DNA from: Octopus vulgaris
Taxonomy: Eukaryota
Assembly: GCA_951406725.2 (NCBI GenBank)
Contig: OX597814.1
Coordinates: 200,694,001 to 200,758,000 of the forward strand
Direction: 5' to 3'
DNA length: 64,000 nucleotides
The notes beneath the pieces were generated by a model. The model was not told the origin of the DNA. It saw only the letters and a program-made list of their open reading frames with translations, and made no database searches. Each line of letters starts with the position of its first letter. The first letter of the stretch is position 1. Positions 37,587 through 50,167 of this stretch are shown here, piece after piece. The position numbers and the translations under genes are program-made.

Positions 37587-37714
37587 ATATGTTAATTTAA
37601 AAGAGGCATTCTTTTATTCTTATTCTTTTATTTCGTTTTTGGATTTGGTTTGCAAGATTCATAAGGCACAAAAAGAAAATGACCCTCCCCAGACACAACA
37701 GAATATTCTTTTAT

Positions 37715-37910
37715 TCTTCTCCTTGTTTCAGACATTTGACTTCGGCCATGCTGGAGCATCGCCTTTAGTCGAACAAATTGACCCAGGACTTATTCTATGT
37801 AAGCATAGTACGTAGTCTATCGGAATATTTTGCCGAATCATTAAGTTACGGGGACGTCAACACACCGACATCGGTCGTTAAGCGATGGGGGTGGGTTGAC
37901 AAACAGGTGC
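37715..37910 (-). mobile_element. SINE family B 3' part
   Basis: Matches 28935-29110. Confidence 0.75.
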
Positions 37911-38147
37911 ACAAATTGTCCTGTTTGTGTTACCAATTTTGACCCTTCGCAAAATCCCCAATTTTATTTAATTTGCTTTGCGGGAGCACCTGTTTTATCG
38001 AAAGCGTATATTGTTGTTAAATTGCTTGAAATGCAGCCTACAACGGATGAAGGGTCTCTCTCTCTCTCTCTTAGCTTTTAGCATTCATCTTCTCAGTTAT
38101 ACAACGGGAATTTCAATTTTTTCCATATATACCTTTGTCCTTTCCGG

Positions 38148-39287
38148 CTTCCCGGCCACCAAAACAAAACAAAAAGAAAGTGTAATAGGTGTTAAAAAAA
38201 TGTGTATTAAACGAATATGAAAACAAAAATTTACGCCAACGAACCGGGAGGTGGAGAGAGGACTTTCGGAAAATTCACAAGATCCCTCGTAACTTTTAGG
38301 AAAATAGATATATTTTAATGAAATTTTATATAAATACCTTTCAAACGGCATAGAGTACGATTGTAAAGAAATTTGTGGGGAAAATTTTTCCGAGGGGTAA
38401 AGAGGACTTTTGAATAGAAAAAAATTCATAAATAATTTTTTTGCTTGAGTGTAACGGAAATAAGGTTGAAGGGAATTTTTAGATTCATTTATTTATCGTT
38501 TGAGTAATAGAAAAATGTTTGTAAAAAGATCCCATGTATCATGGTGAGATAAGTAAATTCATAAATACGGTGTTGAATATATAGTTTCACTACGGAAAAA
38601 AGTTAAGGGCGATTTAGCTGTTGTTTTTAGCACATCTCCACCGTTGGGATCTTTTTTAAAACTTCTTATTTCTTTAATGCCCACAAGAGGCTAAACATAG
38701 AGGGGACAAAGGGATTAAGTGGATTACATCGACCCCAGTGCGTAACTGGTACTTAATTTATCGATCCCGAAAGGATGAAAGGGAAATTCGACCTCGGCGG
38801 AATTTAAACTCAGAGTGTAGCGGCAGACGAAATACCGTTAAGCCTTTCGCCCGGCGCGCTAACATTTCTGCCAGCTGGCCGCTTTATCTTTTTCTTAAAC
38901 CTTTTTCTACTACTCAAACGAAAAATAAATTAATCTAAATGTTTAAAAATTTTTTTTTTTTTTTTCCATTACACTCAAGCAAAAAGATAATTGATGACTT
39001 TCTCTTCGAAAGTCCTCTCCCCACCTCCTTGGGAAAATATTCTCCCCACAAACTTCTTTATCGTAATCTATGCCGTTTGAAAGGCATTTATATAAAATTT
39101 CATTGAAAGATAGTCATTTTTTTTTAAAGTTATGTTTAAGTTATCGGATCTTGTGAATTTTCCGAAAGTCCTCTCTCCACCTCCCGGTTCGTTGGCACAA
39201 AGTTGTTTATCTTTATATTCGTTTAATACGCATTTTTTTACACATATTACACTTTTTTATGCTTTTTTTTTCTTTGGTGACCGGGAG
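38148..39287. repeat. long inverted repeat (foldback), arms ~38148-38530 and ~38885-39287
   Basis: For example GAACCGGGAGGTGGAGAGAGGACTTTCGGAAAATTCACAAGATCC vs GGATCTTGTGAATTTTCCGAAAGTCCTCTCTCCACCTCCCGGTTC; a SINE sits in the spacer. Confidence 0.92.
38665..38884 (-). mobile_element. SINE family A, CpG-intact
   Basis: Reverse complement of 49375-49605. Confidence 0.88.
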
Positions 39288-40009
39288 TTAAAGTAAATAA
39301 CCCCCTCTCCTTCCTTCCTTATCCACTTTTCTTCCCAAAAGACAGTGATATCTATTCCGAAATTCCGCTTAAATTTGAACAACATTTATGACTACATAAA
39401 ATTTATAACTTGCACTTAAAACATGGCTGTTCTGTGGAAAATGAAATTATTCGCAATAATTTTTATTTTAAAACTAAAAGTTACCGTAAACATAACTGTT
39501 ATTCTAATAAACATATTTCGTAGTCATTCAAATTGTATCTATGCAATACTGAAAGTAGTAATTTTATGTTTATAAATTTTAATAGTTCCTCAACCGCAAT
39601 ATTCTCGAAATCTGTTTGATAGCTATAATTAAACAATGAACAAAGCTTTTGTTGAAGAACTTCGAAAGGTAGTTATTCATACCCTGATTAATTTAAAATA
39701 ATATTTCGATAAAATGCTAAGCAAATTTATATAATTTTATAATTTGATCTATAAGAATAGTTTGACTTGATTAATTTTACTTTGGATGTAGCATTATTGA
39801 GATTGGTATAGGTCTTCTAGTTCTTTCTGTAGCTTTTCGAAAATGGCTTCATCGAGGCGCTTCAATGCATAATTTTAGCTTGAGCCACTTCTTTGAGGTG
39901 TTTTCTCTTGCTTATTGTTGGTCAACCCAGAGAGATGTTTATTAGTTCTTGGATTTATAAGTATGATTTCTTTTGTAACTTCTGTGCGGAATGTTACAAA
40001 ATTATTGTA

Positions 40010-40740
40010 CAAGATGCGTTAAAAGAATATCTGCCTTTAATTTTTCCTGCCAAGACTAATTAATGCTGCGAGGGCAAAATGACGCCACTTTTCCTGCATG
40101 TGCGTGAAAATTCTCGCGTCCATAGTCTCTGCGTCAGTTGTTACGCCTGAAGTTCAGACGTGTAATATACGTTTGTCGGATTTTCGTTTTCACCGAACAC
40201 ATCGAGCAGAGATGTTACATCAAGTTTAACCAAAAGCTTGGTGATATTCAAGCTCAAATTATCCAGAAGGTTTAACAGGCCTTTGGCGATGATGCCATCA
40301 GTGAAACTCAGATCAAGGAGTGGTACAACCGCACCTTAATGGAGAACAAGGCGCACTCAGGCAGACCAACCACAAGACAAAACGTGGAGCCAATTGAGAA
40401 AGTTCGACGAAAAGTCATGGAAGACTGTTGTGTTGCAATCCAAGAAATTACTCACGAGCTGCAAATAAGCATAGGATCAGTATGTTCCATTTTAACAGAG
40501 GATTTGTGCAAGCGGAAAGTGTCGGCGAAATTCGTCCCCAAGATGCTGGTAGAGCAGCAGAAGACTCCACATAGAAATCTCTCAGAACATGCTAGACTGT
40601 GCAAACCACAGCCCGGACTCCACGAAAACCATCACCGTTGGTGATAAGACATGGCTTTGTGGTCTCTGCTCGATGAGTTCGGTCATCTAACTTGAAAACG
40701 AAAAGCCTGCAAGTGTGCAGTCCATGTCTGCACTTTAAGC
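40010..40740 (+). mobile_element. mariner, 3'-deleted and decayed
   Basis: TA|CAAGATGCGTT TIR-like start; ORF 40339-40644 HSGRPTT...IQEITHELQISIGSVCSILTEDL..RKVSAKFVPKML; GDKTW after a frameshift. Confidence 0.85.
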
Positions 40741-42097
40741 GCATGAAATTTTTATCAATGGCATCTAGAAAACTGTAGTATTATGGTAGATTAAGTCTCA
40801 TCTAGTGTAAGAACATGAATAACTCCTATGGCATTAGTATTATCAATCTGTTCAACTGGAAATATAAATGGCTATCCATTTAATATAAAAAATATAATAA
40901 TTCCCCAATCTTAGTACTTTGGAAATTATATTTCTAATTGCTGCAGTATTATGATAGAGAAACATCTCAAAGTCATGAGGAAAGCATAATAAATTTCTAA
41001 TTAGAATCAATTTGATTGGGGATTACTAAATGTGAGATATAACGGCAATGAATTTATCTACAATATTTGACAACTAAAACACATTCGCTTGTATTGACAA
41101 ATGATATCAAATTATAATAATTTTAACAGACATTAATAATCATTTTTTTTTCTCTCTAGTTTCAGCTCAGAGCTGCGGCCATGTTGATGTTAAAATATTT
41201 CAAGCGAGAACAAACAACGAACATTGAAATTCCCTGCATTTGAAGAAAATTTATAATTGGACTTTATTAAATAATATCATTAATTAAATAATTGAACTTA
41301 CCTGCATAATTTCAAGTAATATTTCGAAAATGTCAAACAAGTTATCGGGCTGATTAGATAGGTCTAATTATTCGGTATGAAGCTTAATTGCGTGCTATTT
41401 CATAAAAAGAAAAAAGAAACTCCGATTGTTGTTTAAATAACATTTGGGGTTTTTTTTTTTTGCTGGTGAGATATCAGAATATTTACATAATTAAATATAT
41501 AGATGCTTACCAGAAGCAGTTTTGCGTGCGAGGTAGGAATGACATTGTGTCCATTATAGTCGACGATTCCTTTAACCAAGAAACCGGTCTCTTACGGACT
41601 TGCTGTTAGTATATTCTATGTTCACTTCTGATTTGTTTTTGACTAAAAATTGACTGGCGACTTATTTGTGTAATAAGAGGTGAGGATATTGTACGGTATG
41701 TGCTGGGAGACGAAGAGATTCTTTGAAACACAAATTGAGCAGGGACCAAGACTCTTGTAGTTGTCTTCTCTGAAACCATCTCTAACGGCTTTGATGACTT
41801 TAGCGCGCCTTCGCTTCTATAATCTCCAATTACGTAGAAACTTCTCGAACGTAACAAAACATTCTATAACAGGATAAACTTTCTGGAAGCTTATTGGTTG
41901 ATTTGAGGACACGTCATCGGATCTAAGGGTGGCCTGATCCTTGTTACAAAAGCTGTAAGCTTTTGATCCGAGGATTTTCAAGAAACTTGATATAATTTTT
42001 ATAATTTGAGGCATTAGAACAAATATATTGGAATGAACTGTATAGCAGGCATCAATTATTTATGCCAAGAACATTGCACAAGACTCAGAGCACCTTG

Positions 42098-42109
42098 TGT
42101 GACGTCACA
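42098..42109. promoter_or_regulatory. CRE/ATF palindrome TGTGACGTCACA (module C)
   Basis: Identical to 37575-37586 within diverged but alignable flanks. Confidence 0.6.
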
Positions 42110-42466
42110 TAATTATGTCATTTCAAGGCAGACGTTCGACATTTTTTCTTTCTTCTTTGGAGAAAATGTATCGTTTAAGATGGAGAACTCGCAATTGTAG
42201 CAAGGCCGACATTCCTTGTTGAAGACGTCCTTTACATTTTTTTTTCCAAAATCTCGTCGGAATCTTTACTACAACAGAGATTAAGATTTTTGCAAATTAA
42301 ATAAAGAAAAAAAGTTTAATTAATTTTTCTTTTTTCCATCCCCAGCAATTTTTAAACCTTTTTTGTTTTCCTGAAATTTTATGTGGTATTTCCCGTTTTA
42401 AAATACAAAGATTACACTTCTGGAAAAATTAGATCGCCATCTTACTCAACAAAATAAGCTGTGAGT

Positions 42467-42467
<1 letters not shown>

Positions 42468-42497
<30 letters not shown>

Positions 42498-42512
42498 GTA
42501 ATAATAATAATA

Positions 42513-42554
<42 letters not shown>

Positions 42555-42752
42555 GTAATAATAATAATAATAATAATAATAGTATAATAATAATAATAAT
42601 AATATAATAGTATAATAATATAATAGTATAATTATAATAATAATAATATAATAATAATAATAATATAATAGTAGTATAATAATAATATAGTATAATAATA
42701 ATAATAATAGTGTAATAATAATAATATAAAAATAATATAATAATAATAATAA
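42468..42752. repeat. (TAA)n compound microsatellite
   Basis: About 285 bp of TAA with TAG and TATAA variants; explains the poly-Y ORF 42429-42854. Confidence 0.95.
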
Positions 42753-42944
42753 TTTAAGTGTATGTGTTGTATTACATGAAGATATTTCGCCACTGTCCCT
42801 GCCACTTCCCCTTTCCAAGCTTTCAGTTATACTGTAACATCTCTTATCCTTCACTCACCCTAAAATGCTGGGTGTGTCTCTGCAAGTGATTGTAACAAAA
42901 AGTGGAGATTAAAAGTAAATAATAATAAAGATAATGATAATAAG

Positions 42945-43460
42945 AAGTGTTATCATGTACATTGTTTTGTCTTGGTATAAACAATGGGCTACAGCAAATA
43001 TTCTGCTCAATACCACAGACTTGCTTGTCAGTTGTTTGACCTTAACCAGTTGAGCATGTCCCTTAGTGGCTGACAATATGTGCATCTCTGATCACGAGCA
43101 GAAGTAGTGGGGGTGCATCATAGCCATGTGTTGAGAAGAATTCTTTGGGTTTGAATAATTCACCTCTGGAAATATGGGTGTTTCGTTCAACATCCTTAAA
43201 CAACCCTTATTCAGGGACCTTTTGAGCGGGATAGGTTAATCGACCTGAAGAAAATTCTAACTGGGCTCCACCTGCAAGGTCATGTGCTGTTTATCTTGAT
43301 ATGAGATCACCATGTCGCACACATATGGTTGTGATGCATGTGCCTGATGTATCCTTATCATATGGGTAATCATAAAGGGTATACTGGGCTTCATATATTT
43401 TACCCCAGTGTCACTTTGATGGCATGCACTGCTCTCTCACTCAATAATAATAATAATAAT
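42945..43460 (+). mobile_element. (TAA)n-flanked retroelement 3' segment
   Basis: Higher-GC block between TAA runs at ~42918-42942 and 43443-43460; family not assigned. Confidence 0.5.
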
Positions 43461-43784
43461 AGTAACACACAGTATACAAGACTACAAAACAACAATGAAA
43501 GAATCAGCAATGATCACAGCTTCCAAAGTTAACAGTAGCAACCATTTATAAAGAGATGCCATGTCAAATACCAAATAATTTTAAACTCGTTAAACATTTC
43601 TATTTTATGTTTAAAAAATCACCAAAATCATAACATAAGCAAAATAGAGTTTTAAAGGAACTTCATAATAACTATTTTGTATTTAAAATTAAAACACAGT
43701 TTTTAAAAAAGAATTTTTTAACAGGAAGGTCATAAATTTCAGAACAATAAAACATCTCACTGTTATTTAATTATTTCAATTTGA

Positions 43785-44049
43785 AGAAGATGAAGATAGA
43801 GTCAATTATTGCTGGGTCCTTGGGATCTCTGTCAGAAGGCATCAATAATAATATAAAGGAAATTGGAATAGAATGCCCAGTAGAACTGTTACAAAAGGTT
43901 TGCCTCCTTGGCACGGTCAGAATAATCAGGAAAATATTAGATAGCTGAAAGGAACAGATAGCATGGTACCATAGGCTGCAGGTAGCAAGCCCGCTACACA
44001 TGCAAGACTTCAGGAGTTCTAACAAAACGTGTGATAAAGAGAAATAATG

Positions 44050-44080
<31 letters not shown>

Positions 44081-44090
44081 TAATAATAAT
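43785..44090 (+). mobile_element. R4/Dong-like LINE 3' end with (TAA)n tail
   Basis: IIAGSLGSL...VELLQKVCLLGTVRIIRKILDS* C-terminus; 3' UTR shared with 44655-44781. Confidence 0.8.
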
Positions 44091-44381
44091 TCCAATTTGA
44101 AAATGATACCATTCCTACAGGAAGTGCAAAAAATCGTGTTAACTGGAACAACTCATGTACTGAGAAGAGCATTATCACTGTGAAAACAATATCCAATCAT
44201 GAATTTATTTATTTTTTTAAATACATATTTTACCTGTGAATTTGCATGTGTAATCTGGGAATGCATACAATGAGCTTCTCTGCCCTAGGTGTACGGAAAA
44301 CACTCGGCGAGAAATGGAAGAAAATTTGGAGAAAGAAGGAAAAAACAAATAATAACTAATAATAATAATAATAATAATAAT

Positions 44382-44781
44382 GGAAAAGACAAAAGGATGA
44401 TAAAAGGAGGCATGATAATGTAGCTAAGTATGTTCAGTGGTGATTTGGGGGGGGGGGAGTACGGTCTTGAAAGGGTATTGAAATAGTACGAGTATAAACC
44501 AGAAAGAGTCACCGAGAATAATGAGTATGAGATGTGGGATCTTACAAACCAGAATGATTCAGTGATTGGTGCTCTCAGAACAGACATTGTTGTAGTTGAT
44601 AAAATGATTAAGGAAAGCAAGAAAGGAGATCATAGATTTTGCCATATCTAGGGAACAGAATAATCAGGAAAGTATTAGATAGCTGAAAAGAACGAATAGA
44701 ACGGTACCATAGACTACAGGTAGTAAACCTGCTATGCATGCAAGACTTCAGGAGCTCCAACAAAACCTGTGATAAATACAA

Positions 44782-44818
<37 letters not shown>
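44382..44818 (+). mobile_element. R4/Dong-like LINE 3' fragment between TAA runs
   Basis: YEYKPERVTENNEYEMWD...RTDIVVVDK (REL endonuclease region), then RIIRKVLDS* and a TAA tail. Confidence 0.75.
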
Positions 44819-44819
44819 G

Positions 44820-45740
44820 AGAAAGTTGATGACACCGCATGGGGTGCTACACCCTAAAGCAAACGTAAACAGACTGTATATGAAAAGAAAGAATTGTGGC
44901 AGAGGACTAATTAGTATAGACCATCGTATTAGGAGTGAAAGGAGAACACTTGCCGAGTATTTGATGAATAGTGATGAAGACCTGATGCAAAATACCGCAA
45001 AAGATATGAGTGTTAATGCAGATGAAATGATGGGGAAGGAAGAGTTTAAGGAAAGAGTGGAGGAGAAGAGAAAAGAAGACCTTCTTGAAATGAGAATGCA
45101 TGGACAGTTTGAAAGGAATACACAAGACGTTAAGGATAATACAGCATCATGGGCATTGCTTGAGCAAGGTAATTTGAAGCGTACCACTGAAAGACTGATC
45201 ATTGCTGCACAAGACCAGGCTCTCACTATGAATTCAGTGAATTATAACATCTATAAAACTTCTGATACCCAGAAATGCAGGCTCTGTGGAAAATGTGACC
45301 CGTTTGGTAACTGGATGCGAAAGCCTTGCACAATAAGAATACAAACGCCACCACAATAAAGTGTGTATGTATCTTCATTGGTTCTTATGCTGTAAATGTC
45401 AATATGAAGTAACAGAGAACTGGTATGGGCATGTACCAAGTAGAGTTATGCAGGAGGATGGAAAAATAACAATACTCTGGGACTGTGATTTTCAGACGGA
45501 TAGTGTAATCAAACACCGTCAGCTGGATATTGTCATATTGAATAAAAGAGACAAATACTGTCAGGTCATTGATGTAGCCATACCAAATGACATGAATGTT
45601 GTGAGTAAAGAGGTTGAAAAATCCCTAAGTACTCTAAATTGAAAGTAGAAATGGCAAGACTGTATAGAATGCGAGAGGGTAATGTAAAAATGATACCAGT
45701 GGTGATCGGAGCATTTGGTTCAATCCCATTGAAAATTTAA
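44820..45740 (+). mobile_element. R4/Dong-like LINE, post-RT, CCHC and REL endonuclease region
   Basis: HGVLHPKANVNRLYMKRKNCGRGLIS, MHGQF, TERLIIAAQDQAL, CRLCGK, ILWD..QTD..IKHRQLDIVI, VIDVAIP, IPVVIGAFGS. Confidence 0.88.
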
Positions 45741-45859
45741 AACTTCTGCTGTATTTAGTGATCGTTTTAAACTGAGGAAGTTCCAGTACTTATATCCTTG
45801 TTTATCACAGGGATTTGCCTTTTGTTTTGTTTTTTAAAGTGCTAAATGAATCATCTCAC

Positions 45860-45975
45860 TGTGCTTTGTAAATGAGTTGAATGGTAAATTCATTGACACC
45901 AAACTCGTGGCCCACAGCAGCAAAGTTTTCACCATAAACCTATTTTCTTGATCATCTCTACTTTTCACTGCATTG
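45860..45975 (-). mobile_element. Tigger/pogo transposase N-terminal HTH remnant
   Basis: KVEMIKK / GENFAAVGHEFGVNEFTIQLIYK across a frameshift resembles the CENP-B-type psq HTH. Confidence 0.55.
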
Positions 45976-46879
45976 TTTGTTAGGATCAGACAACTTCATA
46001 ATTTTTCTGTTCACTGATCCCAAGTATGTTCATACAAACACAAGTGACAGCCAGTGTACTGTGGATGGTTGTTGCGGTGCATTCAATTGATTGCCAACTC
46101 ATGTTAACACAGATCAATCTGTGATAAGCATAACATGGTTCACAATTGAGAATACCATGTTATCCTGGATCAGTGATAAATGAATCAGTAATAAACGAGG
46201 CTATATGCATCTCTAATTCTGAACTATGATGATCTAACGTAAATTACAACTATATTAAGATGAGTAAGTGGCAATACAACCATGACATCTCTATTAATGC
46301 ATTTGACCTCATGATGGAGTCAGTTGATCCTCTGTTCAGCTTCTCTGATCACGCTGTTGTTATTTTTGGATCATCTGCACACCACAATTTGATCTCTGAT
46401 TTCTTGTTTTCTCACACAAAATTCTTAATGGCTGGTAATTGGTTTCCCCTAAATGATTTGTTCTTCTGTATTGATTAGAATTTATTTGCTTCTGTGGAAA
46501 ATGTGCAACTTAATTGGCATAAGTTCAAGACAATTTATTTTTATATGCCCAGATGTCATTCCCGATCAATACCGAAACGAAAACAGTCTGGTAATCACTT
46601 AGTGATGAATGATTTTTTCTTTTTGTTTTTTTTTCTTTGCCAAAGTTAAAGCTGAAAAGGTGAGAACTTGGAAACAAATTGGATAGTTCCTACTTTACCT
46701 TTGCCAAACTCAGAAAACAACCACAATTTTGTTAGACTCACTAAATCTCATTCTTTGATACTTGTATGCCAGAATGAAATAAACTCTAAAAATTGTTCAC
46801 GTTAACCAAATACCTCTACCTTGAAAAGGAAGTTCCTATACATAATCCCCCATTCGTTTATTAACATTAACCACAGACC

Positions 46880-47330
46880 CATGTTCAGTATTTTGAACAT
46901 AGATGATCATGTCCTGCCACAATTGTCTTCAATTGTTTTCTGTAACAGTCCCACTTTCTTAAGTTTAATGCCTCTTGCTCTCAACCAGTTCATCATGCTT
47001 GACATCTATAAAATCCTTCTCTTTCCTCTGCTTCTTGTCTCATCATTGCTAAATTCTCCTGACCCTCTTTTCAACACATAATTAAGAAATTTTAGTTGCT
47101 TGGCCCTTATCTCATGAAGCAGTTTCCTTTTTACCACAGCTTGGGTCATCACTTCATTAAATATTTTGTCCATGCTATCCTCAATATTCTAGTTAAGAAC
47201 CACATTTCACAGCTCTCCAAATACTTTCTCATATTACGTACCAAAGCTAAATGATTATTTTTAAACACTCCACTTCGTCTGTATCATTTCAATGAACTTT
47301 CTCGTTGAACTGTAAAAGTTTTGTTGAATT
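46880..47330 (-). mobile_element. decayed RTE C-terminal fragment
   Basis: KRKLLHEIRAKQLKFLNYVLKR...RSRGKRR, like the RTE motifs L.F.GH..R and R.RGR.R. Confidence 0.55.
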
Positions 47331-47379
47331 TTTTTTTCTGTTCTGAATATTGAAGTAAGTTAACAATTCAACATTCCAA

Positions 47380-47600
47380 GTCCACAGGGCCATGCAGAAA
47401 TCAGAACTCCACTTTTAAATGGTTATTGTACCTCCTTGTTTTTACTCTTCCTCTAATCACGTAATCAAAATATAATTTCTATACAATCAAGGAGTGCCAT
47501 TGTTGTACCAGACTACAAAAATGAAGGAAGGAAATCTGATTTTAATAATTTCAGACCTTCTCAATTAACTCAAGTATTGACAACTTTAAAATTTCTTCTC
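47380..47600 (+). mobile_element. decayed LINE RT N-terminal fragment (CR1-like)
   Basis: AIVVPDYKNEGRKSDFNNFRP, like A.V.PI.KKG.K.D..NYRPISL. Confidence 0.55.
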
Positions 47601-47904
47601 TACTAACTTCTGTAGGCACAGTTACCCACCTTGACAGCGGGTTCAAACAAGCTGACGATATAGAGGGTGTTACACAACATTAAGTTTCAGACACTCACCT
47701 CTCCCTCTTTCTGCACTGGGACGTGAACTGCGAAGATATAATTTCACTGGCTCTCTCTCATACCACACACCAACTACCAGATAGGAGCAAAAGCACAGAA
47801 GACCATGGCCTCTATGCACCAACGATTCCAATTATCATTCAGTTGTGTATATACATGTGGCCACAATAAACGTATTTAAAGTTACAACCTTGTTTATATA
47901 TATA

Positions 47905-48130
47905 TTTCTTTATTGCCCACAAGGGACTAAACATAGAGGGGACAAACAAGGACAAAGGGATTAAGTCAATGCCATCGACCCCAGTGCAAAACTGGTACTT
48001 TATTTATCGATCCCGAAAGCATGAAAGGCAAAATCGACCTTGGCGGAATTTGAACTCAGAACGTAACGACAAACGAAATACCACTAAGCATTTCACCCGG
48101 CGTGCTAACGTTTCTGCCAGCTCGCCACCT
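47905..48130 (-). mobile_element. SINE family A
   Basis: Reverse complement of 49375-49605; flanked by a similar TTGTTTATATAT on both sides. Confidence 0.85.
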
Positions 48131-49374
48131 ATAACTTTGTTTATATATTCTTCATCCGGGTTTCCTACCAAACAACATTACAGCCTTCTGAGTGAGTCAC
48201 ATTAGGTGGCTCAACAACAACCTACCCATCTAAACTTCTTATTCTCTATTAACCCCTCTTCTTGATCTGAATATTTACTGAACTACTTAACCTTAAACCA
48301 ATTCATTCTATTCATCAAATTAACATATTTTAAACTAAAAACAATTTCTTCCCTTGCAATCTTTCTCAATTTGGCAGGTTTTAAACACATTGCTATTATA
48401 CAGCAAAAACTCTGTACATAAGGAATACGCAATCGTCTTTTGATATGATTGGCAACTTTATTCATCGAAGAGCTTAAATTGTTGGAGTCAGTGAGGCATT
48501 TTCTGTTTTACATGTCCTTGAAAAGCAAGATATCTTTTTGCTTTTATCTTTTACTTGTTTCGGTCTCTAGACTGTGGCCATGCTGGGGCACCACCTTAAA
48601 GAATTTTTAGTAGAATGAATCGACCCCAGTACTTTGTCAAAGCCTTCTACTTACTCTGTCAGTCACATGTATATATGTGTTTGTTACCACACCATCGCTT
48701 GAAAACCGATGTTGGTGTGTTTACATCCCATAACTTAGCAGTTCGGCAAAAGAGACCGATAGAATAAGTACTAGGGTCGATTTGTTAAGAATTTTCCAGT
48801 TTTCTAATTAGGAGGGATTGTCCCATAGATGAATTTAACATAAAATAATTGGGAATGTTCAAGTAAGTTTTATTCGTGAATACCTCTCCTGTTCTCGTCT
48901 GAGTATGTTATCTTTCCTAGATCAAAGTCGATCGAAAAATCCAGTAATGAGAAGCGTTCCGGTTGTGACCATTCCATCAATTTTGTCAATAAAGGACTAT
49001 ATTTATGCACTAAGTTTATGCAATATATCGTTCCTTCTTTTTCTTTGACACAATAGTTTATGATTTGAGGGAGATTTCGTTGTTATTTCTAGCAGGGTGA
49101 GCCACTGTATAGCGGCTCCCTTGTGAGATTAGTTTGTTGCTGCTGTTGTTTATTCTTAGGTAAGTTCTGAATGACCAGACATGATCAAAGACATACCAGT
49201 CAAGACTTCTTCTTACCTATTTTCAAAAACTATATCTATCGCTACCTAATCAAATGTGTCATTTCATTTTTAAGGCGAAAACATTTGATCTTCAGGGAGA
49301 TTTAGCTGCTATTTCTAGCAGACTGTACATATACTTAGGCTCTACTCTATCTTTATTATTTTTATCTGCCTTCA

Positions 49375-49605
49375 AAGGCGGCGAGCTGGCAGAAACGTTA
49401 GCACGCCGGGCGAAATGCGTAGCCGTATTTCGTCTGCCATTACGTCCTGAGTTCAAATTCCACCGAGGTCGACTTTGCCTTTCATCCTTTCGGGGTCGAT
49501 AAATTAAGTACCAGTTACGTACTAGGGTCGATGTAAACCAATTCGTTTGTCTGCCCTTGTTTGTCCCCTCTATGTTTAGCCCCTTGTGGGCAGTAAAGAA
49601 ATATA
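49375..49605 (+). mobile_element. SINE family A, full length
   Basis: GGCGGCGAGCTGGCAGAAACGTTAG A-box-like head and GAGTTCAAATTCC B-box; TSD-like TTTTATCTGCCTT on both sides. Confidence 0.9.
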
Positions 49606-50167
49606 TTTTTATCTGCCTTGAACGGACGGTGAACGGTTTTTAACATAAAAAGAAAAAGTATATAAAATTTGATATTCTGATGTATTTCTTATAATAATTC
49701 TTACTTTTCTTATAGGAGTTGCGGTCCCAGCTTAAGAGTCAATACAACGAAAAGTTTAGAAATCAGTGAAAATTCTAGAATAGTTGTAAGGAACCTTGCG
49801 GCTCAATGCGGTCTCTTGGAAGATCACTGAATTTTGCCCCAAATAAAGCTTCTTGTTGATTAGATACTATTATATATTACATAAGTGAACAGAAGTCATT
49901 AAAAGTCATTTGACATTTTTATTTCTTAGTTAAATTATTTCTAATTACAAAAATCACTTTAAACTCAATTACATTTTTCTGCAGATTTATTTTTAATAAA
50001 ATTAATGCCACTTAGTACAATATTTCGTTAACATGCAGTTTAAGGGTTAAAAAATGGATGTAAATTGCCCGGTAGCAGCATACCATAATTTCATAAAGAG
50101 AATTGGTAAAATACCGTAATTTTATTAACAGAATTTTCTTATTCCGCGTCTACAAGCACTTGCTGGG

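Noticed and set aside
42429-42854. 141-aa Tyr-rich ORF
   Set aside because: Translation of the (TTA)n microsatellite.
44732-45226. 164-aa minus-strand ORF
   Set aside because: Antisense shadow of the R4/Dong-like coding frame plus the TAA repeat.
49716-49850. Plus-strand terminal exon (TTTTCTTATAG acceptor, short frame, AATAAA)
   Set aside because: No upstream exon with a compatible frame could be linked; such signals arise by chance in AT-rich DNA.
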